Translations under genes and position numbers: made by a program
In this document: positions 14,632 through 25,567 of the stretch, piece after piece
Layout of the letters: each line of letters opens with the position of its first letter
How positions within the stretch are numbered: the stretch's first letter is position 1
Notes under the pieces: model-generated
Told to the model about the DNA's origin: nothing
Seen by the model: the letters and a program-made list of their open reading frames with translations, nothing else
Database searches by the model: none
Source of the DNA: Candidatus Saccharimonadales bacterium
GTDB taxonomy: Bacteria; Patescibacteriota; Saccharimonadia; Saccharimonadales; UBA10212
Reading direction: 5' to 3'
DNA length: 64,000 nt
Assembly: GCA_038245195.1 (NCBI GenBank)
Contig: JBBRSU010000001.1
Coordinates: forward strand, 192,121-256,120

Positions 14632-16503
14632 ATGGAGAAAAAACCCTTTAAACTAGGTGGCGGTAAAACCGATGGTCGGAATAATCGGTTTAAGAACGCC
14701 GGCTTTATTGCTTTAGTAGTTCTTTTCGGCCTTATTATTTACGCAGCTGTTAATCAGCCAAGTCAGTTAAGTAAAGTGCCATTTTCTCAAGCGATTAGTG
14801 AGGCTAACGGTGGAAAAACCCAAGAAATTACTGTTAAAGGTAACGAGTTATTAATTACCCCAAAAGGCCAAACCAAACCGACTGAAAAATCTAATAAAGA
14901 AGATGGTTCCAGCATTTACCAGCAGGGACTCCAGCAGGGCAAGGTAGTGCTTAATAATGAGCCGACTAATAGTAGTAACAGTGCTTGGCTGAGCCTGATT
15001 CTAGGAACCGTTCTCCCGATTGTAATAATTGGTGGGCTGCTGATTTTTATGTTTCGTAGTGCACAAGGCCAGGGCAATCAAGCGTTAAGCTTTGGCAAGA
15101 GCAAAGCTAGGTTATACGGCAACGAGAAAGATAAAATTGCCTTTAAGGACGTTGCCGGTAACAACGAAGCCAAGCAAGATCTGGAAGAAGTTGTGGAGTT
15201 TTTGAAGTATCCCAAAAAGTTTGAAGGTGTGGGAGCCAAGATACCTAAGGGTGTTTTGCTAATTGGACCCCCGGGCACCGGTAAAACTCTGTTAGCACGG
15301 GCGGTAGCCGGTGAAGCCAATGCTCCGTTTTTTAGCATTAGTGGTTCGGAGTTTGTAGAGATGTTTGTAGGGGTTGGAGCTAGCCGAGTGCGTGATTTAT
15401 TCAATAAAGCTAAGAAAAACGCCCCATGCATTATATTTATTGACGAAATCGATGCTGTTGGCCGCCGCCGAGGCAGTGGCATGGGTGGCGGGCACGACGA
15501 ACGCGAACAAACTCTTAACCAAATCCTGGTGGAAATGGACGGCTTTGAACAAGGGGTAAACGTAATAGTCTTGGCGGCAACTAACCGCTCCGATGTCTTA
15601 GACCCAGCCTTATTGCGGCCTGGCCGATTTGATCGCCGGGTTAACATCGATTTGCCCGACCGAAAAGACCGCGAAGCCATCCTTAAAGTTCACTTTAATG
15701 AAAAGCCGGTCGGTAAAGATGTTGATTTAGATTCACTAGCCGCCAAAACGGCCGGTAGTTCGGGTGCTGATTTGGCCAACATCGCCAACGAAGCGGCAAT
15801 ATTGGCGGCTCGCCACAACCGTAAAGTTATTGAGAACGATGACGTTGTCCAAGCTTTTGAAAAAGTAGCCATTGGCCCAGAGCGTAAGGGCAAGATAATG
15901 AGTGAGAAAGAAAAAGAATTAACTGCTTATCACGAAGCCGGCCACGCAATTGTGGGCCATGTACTGCCGGATAGCGACATGGTCCACAAAGTTACTATTA
16001 TTCCTCGCGGCGGAACTGGCGGTGTAACCTGGTTTATCCCACCGGAAGACAAAAGCTACCACAGCATTATCGAATACAAGGATGTCTTGGCTAGAATGTT
16101 AGGCGGACGAGTCGCCGAAGAGTTGGTTTATGGGTCTGAGCGGGTAACCACTGGTGCTGGCAGTGATTTGCAAAAAGCCGCCGAGCTGGCCCGAGAGATG
16201 GTTGTTAACCAAGGCATGGGCAAAAAACTACGTGATCAAGTGTTTCATACCGATGACGGCATGATGTTCGATAAGATGATGCACGAACGACAGTATTCGG
16301 ACGAGACCGCCAAAGTTATTGACGATGAAGTCGAAGCCTTAATTACCGAAGCTGCTAATCGAGCCCGAATAGTGGTCAAAGCCAATATGCCTAAGCTAGA
16401 TGCCCTTAAAAAAGTCTTGCTCGAAAAAGAAACCGTTGAAGCCAAAGAAGTTTTGAAGATTCTTGAAGGCAGTCATATGCCCAAAGACGCTGGTTTATAC
16501 TAA
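14632..16503 (+). CDS. ftsH: ATP-dependent zinc metalloprotease FtsH
   Basis: Walker [18 protein letters not shown], second region of homology, and Zn site [10 protein letters not shown]. Confidence 0.97.
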   Translation: MEKKPFKLGGGKTDGRNNRFKNAGFIALVVLFGLIIYAAVNQPSQLSKVPFSQAISEANGGKTQEITVKGNELLITPKGQTKPTEKSNKEDGSSIYQQGLQQGKVVLNNEPTNSSNSAWLSLILGTVLPIVIIGGLLIFMFRSAQGQGNQALSFGKSKARLYGNEKDKIAFKDVAGNNEAKQDLEEVVEFLKYPKKFEGVGAKIPKGVLLIGPPGTGKTLLARAVAGEANAPFFSISGSEFVEMFVGVGASRVRDLFNKAKKNAPCIIFIDEIDAVGRRRGSGMGGGHDEREQTLNQILVEMDGFEQGVNVIVLAATNRSDVLDPALLRPGRFDRRVNIDLPDRKDREAILKVHFNEKPVGKDVDLDSLAAKTAGSSGADLANIANEAAILAARHNRKVIENDDVVQAFEKVAIGPERKGKIMSEKEKELTAYHEAGHAIVGHVLPDSDMVHKVTIIPRGGTGGVTWFIPPEDKSYHSIIEYKDVLARMLGGRVAEELVYGSERVTTGAGSDLQKAAELAREMVVNQGMGKKLRDQVFHTDDGMMFDKMMHERQYSDETAKVIDDEVEALITEAANRARIVVKANMPKLDALKKVLLEKETVEAKEVLKILEGSHMPKDAGLY

Positions 16504-16536
16504 ATCCTGAACTCGACAAAATGTTAAACTGTTTGT

Positions 16537-17562
16537 ATGGCGATTGAGAGAATTGTTAATACTACAGCTAAGGATGAGCCCGAGGAACAAGAGCTAGAAC
16601 AAACTCTACGGCCGCGTGATTTTAAAAGTTATGTCGGGCAAGAACGGCTAAAGAAAAACCTGCGCTTGGCTATTAGTGCTGCTAAAAAACGCGAAGAGCC
16701 GATTGATCATGTACTACTTTACGGCCCACCAGGACTCGGCAAAACTACCCTAGCTGGAGTGATTGCCAACGAAATGGGTGCCCAAATTAGGATAACCTCT
16801 GGTCCAGCGGTTGAACGGGCCGGTGACTTAGCTAGTTTATTAACTAACCTCCAGGACGGCGATATCTTATTTATCGATGAAATTCACCGCTTGCACCGAG
16901 TTGTCGAAGAGGTTTTGTACTCGGCTATGGAAGACTTTAAGCTTGATATTATGCTGGGCAAAGGCCCGAGTGCTCGTAGTTTACGTTTAGACCTGCCGAA
17001 GTTCACTATAATAGGTGCTACAACTCGTACCGGCGCTTTGGCTGCCCCATTACGTGATCGCTTCGGCATGATTCACCGGCTAGAGTTTTATGAGCCGGAT
17101 GAAGTTAAGCGAATCATTAAACGATCGGCTGGGATTTTGAACGTCCCAATTAATGACGAGGCGGCCACGATACTCTCCAGCCGGGCTAGGCTGACGCCTA
17201 GAATTGCCAACCGTCTATTGAAACGGGTAAGGGATTATGCCGATGTTAACGGCGATGGAATTATCGATACTAAAATTACTACCGATGCCCTAGGCCTACT
17301 TGAAATAGACTCGTTAGGTTTAGATCCAGCCGATAGGAATTTGCTGTCGGCAATTATGGAACACCACAATGGTGGGCCAGTAGGCGTAGAGACCTTGGCG
17401 GCCCTAACCAGCGAAGAACGCTCTACAATCGAAGATTTTCACGAACCTTACCTAATGCAAATTGGCCTGTTAGAACGCACTCCTCGGGGCCGAAAAGTTA
17501 CCCTCCGAGCTTGGGAGCATCTAGGTAAAAAACCAACAAAAGCCCAACCTAGCCTGTTATAA
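16537..17562 (+). CDS. ruvB: Holliday junction DNA helicase RuvB
   Basis: [11 protein letters not shown] and [10 protein letters not shown]. Confidence 0.97.
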   Translation: MAIERIVNTTAKDEPEEQELEQTLRPRDFKSYVGQERLKKNLRLAISAAKKREEPIDHVLLYGPPGLGKTTLAGVIANEMGAQIRITSGPAVERAGDLASLLTNLQDGDILFIDEIHRLHRVVEEVLYSAMEDFKLDIMLGKGPSARSLRLDLPKFTIIGATTRTGALAAPLRDRFGMIHRLEFYEPDEVKRIIKRSAGILNVPINDEAATILSSRARLTPRIANRLLKRVRDYADVNGDGIIDTKITTDALGLLEIDSLGLDPADRNLLSAIMEHHNGGPVGVETLAALTSEERSTIEDFHEPYLMQIGLLERTPRGRKVTLRAWEHLGKKPTKAQPSLL

Positions 17563-17571
17563 TCACCTCAA

Positions 17572-18189
17572 ATGGCAGACAATTCTAATCAGGCTCCTCC
17601 TGCAACTCCTCCACCTCTAAAAGGTGTTTCATCTCAGAGGAGTGAAGATATGTTGGAGCCCGGCGAGTCTATCTTGAGCGTAGTTCATCGTTCGGCAATT
17701 GGCTTAGCCGGTATATATCTGGTAGCGATTGTAGCCGTGGTTGCCATTTTTGGCTTAATAATTGCATTATCACCTGATACTTTTAACTCCAGCGGCGATT
17801 CAATTTCAATTCAGTTAACGGCAATTATGGTGGTTGGAGCCGCTTTGTTAGTCTTGATACTATTCACGGCCACTTACGTGTATCGACAAAGCCGACTGTT
17901 GGTTACCGACAAGAGCCTGGTCCAGATACTCCAAAAAACTCTATTCATCAGAAAAGTTTCACGCCTGAGTATGTCGAATGTTGAAGATGTAAATGAGGAA
18001 CAACGCGGTATTTTAGCTAGCATCTTTAATTTCGGAACACTGACAGTTCAGACTGCCGGAACTGAGGATAATTTTGTATTTACATTGTGCCCAAACCCAG
18101 CTAATTTGGCGGACAAGATTATTGAAGCTCGCCAAGCCTACGCTAAAGCCACCGAGGAAGAACAAGCCCACGCTGCCCAATATACTTAG
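17572..18189 (+). CDS. bacterial PH-domain (YdbS/YdbT-like) membrane protein
   Basis: Two TM helices followed by YRQSRLLVTDKSLVQ...FGTLTVQTAG. Confidence 0.5.
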   Translation: MADNSNQAPPATPPPLKGVSSQRSEDMLEPGESILSVVHRSAIGLAGIYLVAIVAVVAIFGLIIALSPDTFNSSGDSISIQLTAIMVVGAALLVLILFTATYVYRQSRLLVTDKSLVQILQKTLFIRKVSRLSMSNVEDVNEEQRGILASIFNFGTLTVQTAGTEDNFVFTLCPNPANLADKIIEARQAYAKATEEEQAHAAQYT

Positions 18190-18201
18190 CAACTATAGTA
18201 T

Positions 18202-18507
18202 TTATTCCTGGAAAGGGTTAGTCCGGGCTTGCTCGAATAAAGTATGGATTTGAGTATTGCTCTGCTCTAGTGATTGAATGTGGCTGATGGCTTTTTGATC
18301 GACTTGGGGGATAACAAGTGGATTAGAGGCGGTCTTATCAGCTGCTGGCTCGGCTTTAGCAAATCCGCTAATTTTATACACTACAAAGATGTAAGCCAAA
18401 AGTACCACAATAACTGACCCAAAAGCCGCATGCCGACTGTATTTCTTAAGAAACTTACTGATCGACGATTTAAGATTGAGATTTTTAACGCTTAATTCTT
18501 TGCTCAT
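18202..18507 (-). CDS. small single-pass membrane protein at the distal end of the pilus operon
   Basis: One TM helix. 4-nt overlap with the upstream gene. Confidence 0.45.
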   Translation of the reverse strand: MSKELSVKNLNLKSSISKFLKKYSRHAAFGSVIVVLLAYIFVVYKISGFAKAEPAADKTASNPLVIPQVDQKAISHIQSLEQSNTQIHTLFEQARTNPFQE

Positions 18508-19238
18508 GGCTTTATAAATATGTTAACCGTTAGAGTAAAAGATAGCGACTGGGTCTTGGTGGGTGGCTGGACGATTACCTGAGTAATTTGAGCGGTGTGA
18601 CGATTATTTTCAATACGGCTCAGAAAATCGAGCATTTTGGGGTAGGTTATTTGCAGAGCGGCTGGAACTAGGGGCCCAGATTCTGGAGAAATGGTTAGCT
18701 CTAAACTGTATAAGCCAGGAATATCGGCAACCGGTTTGGCTTGGGTTAGTACGCTGGCCGTAGATGAGGCGGAGGTGGCGTCCTGTGGTGTGGTGGTTGT
18801 AGTTGTGGTGGCCCGCAGCCCCAGGTTACTCACCGGAAAAGTTATGCTTTGGAGTGACAGGCCAGAAGCACTAGCCATCTGGAAAATCTCCAACACCGAT
18901 TCGGCCTGGTTTTTATCACTGGGGATAACGGTTTTAGCCACATCTTTAAAGTAAGCGTATTTTTCTACATCTCTTTTTGATTGTTCTAAATTCAGCAGCT
19001 CATTATCGGTCGATTGGCTTTTAGCTTTTAAATCGACCAATGATTTACTTTTAGCGCTGATTAATGACAACCCACTAGAAGTTATTACAAAGAAAATAAT
19101 CACCAATAACGTGAGTGTCCCCATCATAACTAATCTGAGATTTTTGCTGTTTAGCTCAAATTTTCGACGTTTTACAACTTTGCTGGTTGGTTGGCTGGGT
19201 GGTTTTAGGATGGCCTTGTCTTGTTTTGGCGGAATCAT
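18504..19238 (-). CDS. PilO-like type IV pilus assembly protein
   Basis: N-terminal TM helix plus coiled coil. Position after pilM-pilN. Overlapping stop/start codons. Confidence 0.5.
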   Translation of the reverse strand: MIPPKQDKAILKPPSQPTSKVVKRRKFELNSKNLRLVMMGTLTLLVIIFFVITSSGLSLISAKSKSLVDLKAKSQSTDNELLNLEQSKRDVEKYAYFKDVAKTVIPSDKNQAESVLEIFQMASASGLSLQSITFPVSNLGLRATTTTTTTPQDATSASSTASVLTQAKPVADIPGLYSLELTISPESGPLVPAALQITYPKMLDFLSRIENNRHTAQITQVIVQPPTKTQSLSFTLTVNIFIKP

Positions 19239-19834
19239 GTTTTACTCCGGCTCGGGACGCTTAAGAATTTAGTCTGAGCTGTTTTTGAGAACAGTGCCCT
19301 TAGTGTAACTGTACATTTATAGTCATCTGGAATACTAGAACTGCAGTTCACGCTGATGATATCTACTTTAGAGAATAGCTGATTTTGAGGGTCGCTAAGA
19401 TTTACGGCAATTTGGGTGGCAGAGGTATAGTCTTTGGCATTAGCGGTAAAATCGATAGCTCCATTGACTTTATTACTAAGACTGAGTGCCCCCAAAACCG
19501 TACCAGGCGGCATATCATTGCCGATGGCTTGGATTAACTCCGAGAACCGAACTTCTTGGCTTAAAACCTTATTTATGACGGTAATATCGCCAGTTATTTC
19601 TTTGGCGTCTTTTTGGACTTGGCTTAAGTTTTGCTCTTTGAGCTGAGTATTTACAGAAACTATGTGTTTTTGGAGGTTTTTGGATTGCTGATCGATATAG
19701 ACCCAACCACTTACAAGGATTACGATTAAACCGCCGATGGCAATGGCTATACCGAACAACCAGATGCGCAGGGTGGTGTTTTGGCGGCCAAAGCGGATGG
19801 CATCGGCCCTTGATGGAGGCAGTAGATTAATCAT
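19235..19834 (-). CDS. pilN: PilN-like type IV pilus assembly protein
   Basis: N-terminus MINLLP conserved as in PilN, one TM helix. Translationally coupled to pilM. Confidence 0.65.
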   Translation of the reverse strand: MINLLPPSRADAIRFGRQNTTLRIWLFGIAIAIGGLIVILVSGWVYIDQQSKNLQKHIVSVNTQLKEQNLSQVQKDAKEITGDITVINKVLSQEVRFSELIQAIGNDMPPGTVLGALSLSNKVNGAIDFTANAKDYTSATQIAVNLSDPQNQLFSKVDIISVNCSSSIPDDYKCTVTLRALFSKTAQTKFLSVPSRSKT

Positions 19835-20901
19835 GCGTTAACTTCCAGTGGTTCGATAATTGCTTCGCCAGCAACGGTAATAAACATAGATAAATCGGGT
19901 TCCTGGGGCTTTACAAGCTGTCCAAAATCAATAATTTCCCAGGGGTTTAAGTTTTCAGTAGGCAAGCGTAATTCTTGGGAAATATATTGGTTAAAACCGG
20001 GCATTACCGCTCCCCCACCAACGGTAATGATTTTGGTGATATTTTTACCAGCATTGTTAGTGCGTTCACTGTAAAACCGGATGGATTTTTGAGTTTCATG
20101 AATAAAGGTATCAAGCTGAGGTTTAAGAGCATCGATAATCCGCTGTTGTTTATCGCTAAAAGCAATACCATATTGATTTTTAAGCTCGGTGGCCTGCTCA
20201 ATATTCATATGCATCGACCTAGATATCAGATTGCTAAAAGTATCACCGCCACCATTCATGGTGCTAGACACCAATAGGCTTTTATCAAAGATGGCAATGT
20301 CGGTAGCTAGCGAGCCGATATCAACCAGAATTGCCGGTTCGGCACTCATGTTGCCGACGATTTTGAGCAAGCGTGAAGCGGCATTGATACTGGGCTCGAA
20401 AGCGACCGGCTCTAAATCGAGTGATTGTAAAAGGTCTAAGTAACTATCGACAATTTTTTTGGAGGTCGCAACCATCAAAAGCTCCATTTGTTGTTCGTCT
20501 TCATAAGAAATTTCGTAATCAAGGTAAAGACTATCCAGAGGAATCGGTATATACTGCTCAGCTTCAAGCTGTACTGCCTCTTTGATATGCTCGCGATTCA
20601 TTATAGGAATCTTCATTGGTCGGCTGAAGGTGTAGGCGGTTGGCAAAGTACAGGCAACTCGACGGCTAGTTATCTTGCCTACCAGATTTTTATCGAACAG
20701 CTCGTGCATGGCTTTGGCAATAACCTCGGGGTTAATGATTACGCCGTTCTGAATAGAACCCAAAGCAAAATTACTAATTCCATAGCCTTTTATAACTGGC
20801 GGGTGGCCAGAAACCTTGTCTATTTGCATAGCCTTTAAATTGGTGTGGCCGATATCCAGTCCGAAGAGCGGTTCGTCCTTATAAAATTTTACGGTGCCCA
20901 T
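19831..20901 (-). CDS. pilM: type IV pilus assembly ATPase-fold protein PilM
   Basis: Actin-like fold motifs GLDIGHTNLKA and DIGSLATDIA. 356 aa. Confidence 0.85.
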   Translation of the reverse strand: MGTVKFYKDEPLFGLDIGHTNLKAMQIDKVSGHPPVIKGYGISNFALGSIQNGVIINPEVIAKAMHELFDKNLVGKITSRRVACTLPTAYTFSRPMKIPIMNREHIKEAVQLEAEQYIPIPLDSLYLDYEISYEDEQQMELLMVATSKKIVDSYLDLLQSLDLEPVAFEPSINAASRLLKIVGNMSAEPAILVDIGSLATDIAIFDKSLLVSSTMNGGGDTFSNLISRSMHMNIEQATELKNQYGIAFSDKQQRIIDALKPQLDTFIHETQKSIRFYSERTNNAGKNITKIITVGGGAVMPGFNQYISQELRLPTENLNPWEIIDFGQLVKPQEPDLSMFITVAGEAIIEPLEVNA

Positions 20902-20962
20902 CTTGTTTATTTAGCTTATCCTTATCAGATTATATCAAGTCTTAATCTGTTATGACAGCTAA

Positions 20963-22393
20963 CTATAACCTGCGATAGCGCGTGGCATGCCAAGATAGAT
21001 TTATGGGGACTTTAGTTGAGTCGAAAGTGGAATCTAGTTTGAGATCAAAAGGTGTTCCGGGGTTAGTGGCAATGTAAATATTTTTGCCGGATAAGCCACC
21101 AATTGCCGGAGCTGCCCCAAACTTAGTTTTATCCAGGCAAACTCCATTATTGGCCAGAAAATACATGGCTGGAGCACTAGAATTACCACTGTTACCAAGA
21201 TAAATTGCACCACCCAACGGACACACGGCAACTTTGGATGCTGGGTCAGCTCCGTAAACAATTAAAATAATTGGGCCACTACCGGCGGCCGTATTAATAG
21301 AGTTAAAATTAACTGAACCTTCCACAAAAACGTACCTGGTTGTGCCTGTAGGGTTATAAAAGGTAGGGGTACAACCGCTGGCGGCACACAGGTTGGCCCG
21401 AAGATGAACGTTATCGGTGATATTGTATTGGCCGCTGGTTAAGGTTAAATCGCCAGAAGTGCCGCATGAGGCACTGACATTACTACCACTATCGGGGTAA
21501 TGAGTTTTTTTACTGTTGGCCACCGATGGTATCGAGCGCGGAAAAGCACCAGTGGTCCAGTCGTTGCAGTTGCCGGCACTGGTATAGCTGGCATCCATAT
21601 ACTGCGACCAAGGGATATAAGTTGATTGCACCTGGCTGATAGTATTTTGGTTTGCCGAAACATTAAAACCAGCATTGGTGGTGTTGCCCGGCGGACTTAT
21701 ACAGTTGTTATAAGCTAGCGTTAAATTGGTTTTAGTTTGCCCAGGCGTGCTAAAGGAAGCTGGTTTAACTAGATTGCCCGGTCCGCCAATCGAGCAATTG
21801 GTGGCACCGGTATTTTTCCCGCCAACTGTGATATTCTCGGCCACAATATTAGTGGTGTTTTTATTGGTGTTAATATAACCATTCACATATAGGTCTTTGG
21901 CATATAGGTTTTTAACACCGCTCTGGAGTTCAATTATGTTACGGCTAAGAATGCCGGTTACCGCCACAGAATCAGAGGTGTGCTGAGTAACTACTTCAAT
22001 TTTTCTGGTATAGCTCACGGTCGCAGAACTAGCTGGTGAATAGACTTTGCCGATCGCAGTAATAATTTTTTCGTTACTGGATGAGCCCGCCACGACAGTA
22101 GTTGAGTAGGTGGCTTTATATAAACTATTACTCAAAATAGTTATTTCAGTAGCACCGGTGCCAGCATAGGTGGCGGTAGGGTCGGCATTAAGATAGCCAA
22201 TGGCACTGTCGGCGCCCGATTCGGCCGCATATTGCGATTCTAGGGTTAAAACTCGGCCACGACCCCTGGATAAATTAGAAGTAGCATAAACAATTAAGGA
22301 CGATGCTAAAATCGACAAGAATAGAGTAATTACCAGAATACTTACAATAATCGAGCCGGATTCCTTGGAGATATTATTTGTATGTTTCCTCAT
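20963..22393 (-). CDS. large PilX-like pilus-associated protein (476 aa)
   Basis: N-terminal hydrophobic segment GSIIVSILVITLFLSILASS, then a Thr/Ser/Asn/Gly-rich, beta-rich body. Located in the minor pilin block. Confidence 0.5.
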   Translation of the reverse strand: MRKHTNNISKESGSIIVSILVITLFLSILASSLIVYATSNLSRGRGRVLTLESQYAAESGADSAIGYLNADPTATYAGTGATEITILSNSLYKATYSTTVVAGSSSNEKIITAIGKVYSPASSATVSYTRKIEVVTQHTSDSVAVTGILSRNIIELQSGVKNLYAKDLYVNGYINTNKNTTNIVAENITVGGKNTGATNCSIGGPGNLVKPASFSTPGQTKTNLTLAYNNCISPPGNTTNAGFNVSANQNTISQVQSTYIPWSQYMDASYTSAGNCNDWTTGAFPRSIPSVANSKKTHYPDSGSNVSASCGTSGDLTLTSGQYNITDNVHLRANLCAASGCTPTFYNPTGTTRYVFVEGSVNFNSINTAAGSGPIILIVYGADPASKVAVCPLGGAIYLGNSGNSSAPAMYFLANNGVCLDKTKFGAAPAIGGLSGKNIYIATNPGTPFDLKLDSTFDSTKVPINLSWHATRYRRL

Positions 22394-22395
22394 AG

Positions 22396-23169
22396 TTAAT
22401 TCCTTAAGGCGATTCTAATCACGGTACTGTTTTTGGTCGGGTTAGTGGCTGAAAAGCTTGGTTTTTTGGATAGATTTAGGGTTATCTCCAAAACTTCAAC
22501 AGCCGTAAAATCCGGCCCGGCATATTGCCCGGTGTTGGGGTCGATAATTGACGTATAATCAATTAAATTGCCGGTACGCGAAAAATATCGAGTGCTGACA
22601 GATCCTATGTCTGAAGCAATGGTTTTATCTAATGGGCATGATGCACTGATTTGAGCAGCCGGACAGCTGGTTTTGAGCCGGTTGCCGGCTGCGGAAGGGT
22701 TAGCTAGGCTGCGTTGCATAAGGCTTTTACCGGTACCGTCTAAGTACAAAATATACTCATCCTCGTACGGCAGAGTGCCATTCATGATGTATTGTTTGGA
22801 GCTATTCAAGCTGTAGTCACGAAAATAAATTAGGGGGGTGTAGCTACCACTGGCCGGTAGAACAGTAGTGCCGGGGATAGCATGGATTGGTAGCCAATAT
22901 TTGCCACCGGGGATTGACGGATCGGGAACTGCGGCGTTGGAATCTTGGATACTGTTCTGAATTATTAAGCCTACCGATGCCCCGATTTCATCTCGTAGAC
23001 TATCACCAGAATTGTAGCGCGTGACTAGGGTGTCATTATTCGCTGCTTGGGTGGCAGATGTTCGCCACAAATCAAAGGCAAAAACCATGATTACAATGGT
23101 GAGTAGGCTTGTAAAAATCATCGATATCAGCAACTCGGCGATAGTAAAGCCTGATTCAGTCGGCTTCAT
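22396..23169 (-). CDS. prepilin-type minor pilin (PilW-like)
   Basis: N-terminal cleavage/methylation motif SGFTIAELLISM. Confidence 0.65.
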   Translation of the reverse strand: MKPTESGFTIAELLISMIFTSLLTIVIMVFAFDLWRTSATQAANNDTLVTRYNSGDSLRDEIGASVGLIIQNSIQDSNAAVPDPSIPGGKYWLPIHAIPGTTVLPASGSYTPLIYFRDYSLNSSKQYIMNGTLPYEDEYILYLDGTGKSLMQRSLANPSAAGNRLKTSCPAAQISASCPLDKTIASDIGSVSTRYFSRTGNLIDYTSIIDPNTGQYAGPDFTAVEVLEITLNLSKKPSFSATNPTKNSTVIRIALRN

Positions 23170-23618
23170 TGTTGTCCAATTCCATTACGAGTGATGAGCA
23201 TACGTAGTTCCATGGGCGGAGCTGAAGTATTAAGATTGCTAACTTTGATGTCAATTACCTTACTATCCGGTACGCCTTGTAATGGATCAGCGTTAGGTAG
23301 TGAACTGGTTGGGGTGACAGTTAAGGTTGGAGTGTAGGTATAAACCGCACTGCCCCCATTTTCTCCGTAAAAAGTATTGTTGGGGTAGCAATTATTTGTG
23401 CCATTTACGATATCGTAATCTAGGGCCCGGTCGATTTCCGGGCAAGCACTTAAAACGGCGTACATATCGTTAAATTGTCGGGCTTGAGTATAATCGACAC
23501 TAACTGAGTGAAAGGCACTGTACATGGCAATAACAATAATCGGAAAAACTACGCAAGCTGTGGCAATCTCGACAATCGTAAATCCCTGTTGATTAAGTGG
23601 TTTTGAAAACAGTTTCAT
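23166..23618 (-). CDS. prepilin-type minor pilin (PilV-like)
   Basis: QGFTIVEIATA N-terminal motif. Confidence 0.6.
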   Translation of the reverse strand: MKLFSKPLNQQGFTIVEIATACVVFPIIVIAMYSAFHSVSVDYTQARQFNDMYAVLSACPEIDRALDYDIVNGTNNCYPNNTFYGENGGSAVYTYTPTLTVTPTSSLPNADPLQGVPDSKVIDIKVSNLNTSAPPMELRMLITRNGIGQQ

Positions 23619-23668
23619 GCTTATGTTAATTATATAGGCTTATTGATCAGAGGCTATAAAGATTAAAG

Positions 23669-23698
23669 AAAAACCCGGCTGTCTTTACCGGGTTTTTT
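23669..23698. terminator. bidirectional intrinsic terminator downstream of pilA
   Basis: AAAAACCCGG-loop-CCGGGTTTTTT. Confidence 0.75.
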
Positions 23699-23719
23699 CA
23701 GATTTTTTGTTAGCTGACT

Positions 23720-24169
23720 TTAGTTGTTAGATTGAACTGCGAAGGTTCCGCCCGCTTCTAGCGTGGCTGTCAAAACGTAGTTAGAACAGTCACCGTTAGC
23801 AGCGTTGTCGCAACCACTTGGTGTTAGGACATAACCATAGCAGCTGGAAGTTGTTGCAGCACACAATGATTGTGAACCAGCATCCTTAGGATCAGCCAAA
23901 GCCGCTGGGTCTAGGCCTTTCAAGTTAGCTGAGCGGAAAGTCGCATCATTCATGTTGGCCATGGTTGGGTACTTGGCGTTATTAGCCCAATAGGCTTCGA
24001 GCTGGCCCTGAACGGCCTTAATGTCGGTCTTGCGTTCCGTATCACGTGCTTTTTGTTGAATACCGTTATAGGTAACTATGACCAATGCAGCCAAGATACC
24101 GATTACTACGATAACAATCAAAAGCTCAACGATTGTAAAACCGCGATTGTTCTTTTTTAATGAGATCAT
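23720..24169 (-). CDS. pilA: major type IV pilin
   Basis: MISLKKNNRG|FTIVELLIVIVVIGILAA class III signal peptide with E+5. Four Cys in the C-terminal half. The ATG at 24169 is preferred over the GTG at 24181. Confidence 0.82.
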   Translation of the reverse strand: MISLKKNNRGFTIVELLIVIVVIGILAALVIVTYNGIQQKARDTERKTDIKAVQGQLEAYWANNAKYPTMANMNDATFRSANLKGLDPAALADPKDAGSQSLCAATTSSCYGYVLTPSGCDNAANGDCSNYVLTATLEAGGTFAVQSNN

Positions 24170-24294
24170 TCTATGACCCACCCTTCTTATTTTACTTTTT
24201 TTAAATTGGTTTTTAGGAACATTTACTGTTCTATGACTATGATTATAAGCATAAGCTTACTGTTGTCAACCCGTTTGCTTTCACTAGTGGAGGC

Positions 24295-25566
24295 CTAACC
24301 ACCAATGTTTTTAGACAGTGAAGCGATTGGTCCCATGACAGATGCCGCAATTAAGCCTACAAAACTACCCAAAACGATAATCATTATAGGCTCGATAATG
24401 CTAGTCATGCCATCTATCACAGCATCAACCTCTTCTTCATAAAAATCGGCAACCTTAACCAAAACTATGTCTATCTTGCCAGTTTCCTCGCCCACCGACA
24501 TCATCTGGCCGACTATCGGTGGGAAGAACTGGGCATCAAGCAGTTGCTTGCCAAGCGGCTGGCCATTTTTTACGGCTTCGGATACTTTGACTAGTTCTTT
24601 TTGAATGACAGTATTACCTACTGCTTTGCCAGTAACTTCCAGTGCATCAAGTACACTGACACCAGAGCCCATTAATGACGAGAATGTCCGGGCAAACCGA
24701 GCGATCGCCACTTTAGCCAGGATATTCCCAAGAATTGGAGTTTTTAATAGCAATAAATGCCACTTGAATCGGCCTTTAGGGGTATGGATATAACGCCTAA
24801 AATAGATTAAACCAATTACCATCAGTGCGATAATGAACACGGAATTTGGTAAAAGTTTAATAATTGGAATTTTATTAAGGATTGGTATGGAATTCATTAT
24901 GCTGTGGCCAATCAAGAAACTGCTGACGCCCAGCATGGCTCGGGTATAAACCGGCAGCTGAGCGTGTGGTCCGCCCAAATCTTTAAAAATTTTGCCAATT
25001 TTAGGTAGTATAAACAGCATAATTCCAAAGAATGCCACCACAGTGATGGTTAAAATCACAATTGGATAAGCCATGGCTGATCGAATCTTCTTACGAATCG
25101 TAGCGTCTTTCTCGACCTGTGTTGCTAGGCGTTTTAAAATTTCATCCAAAATCCCGCCAGATTCACCAGCCCGTACCATATTCACGTAAACATCACTAAA
25201 AGCACTTGGGTATTTGGCCATGCCATCGGCCAGTGGTGTGCCGCTTTCCACATCATGATTGACACCGGCAATTACTTCTTTGAAGTATTTATTTTCGAGC
25301 TGGCTGGATAAGGTATCTAGGGCCCGAGGCAGGGGCACTCCAGCACTAATCATGGTTGAAAGCTCCCGCGTAAAAATCACTAAATCTTTGAGCTTAACTT
25401 TGCCTTTGCCGCTCTTGGAGCCTCTGGATTTAGTCTCTTTAACACTAAGCGGTTTATGGCCTTGGTCGCGTAAACTTTTTACAGCCTCATCGCGAGTACC
25501 AGCGGTAATGGTTCCGCTAATACTCTGACCCTGGGCGTTTATGGCGCTATAAGCAAATTCAGCCAT
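24295..25566 (-). CDS. pilC: type IV pilus platform protein PilC (GspF family)
   Basis: Two T2SF repeats. 423-aa polytopic membrane protein. Confidence 0.9.
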   Translation of the reverse strand: MAEFAYSAINAQGQSISGTITAGTRDEAVKSLRDQGHKPLSVKETKSRGSKSGKGKVKLKDLVIFTRELSTMISAGVPLPRALDTLSSQLENKYFKEVIAGVNHDVESGTPLADGMAKYPSAFSDVYVNMVRAGESGGILDEILKRLATQVEKDATIRKKIRSAMAYPIVILTITVVAFFGIMLFILPKIGKIFKDLGGPHAQLPVYTRAMLGVSSFLIGHSIMNSIPILNKIPIIKLLPNSVFIIALMVIGLIYFRRYIHTPKGRFKWHLLLLKTPILGNILAKVAIARFARTFSSLMGSGVSVLDALEVTGKAVGNTVIQKELVKVSEAVKNGQPLGKQLLDAQFFPPIVGQMMSVGEETGKIDIVLVKVADFYEEEVDAVIDGMTSIIEPIMIIVLGSFVGLIAASVMGPIASLSKNIGG

Positions 25567-25567
25567 C

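Noticed and set aside
15078-15680. 200-aa minus-strand ORF within ftsH, plus smaller ORFs at 15374, 15690 and 16245
   Set aside because: Antisense or alternative frames of the highly conserved FtsH AAA domain, with Ser/Pro/Arg-rich nonsense composition.
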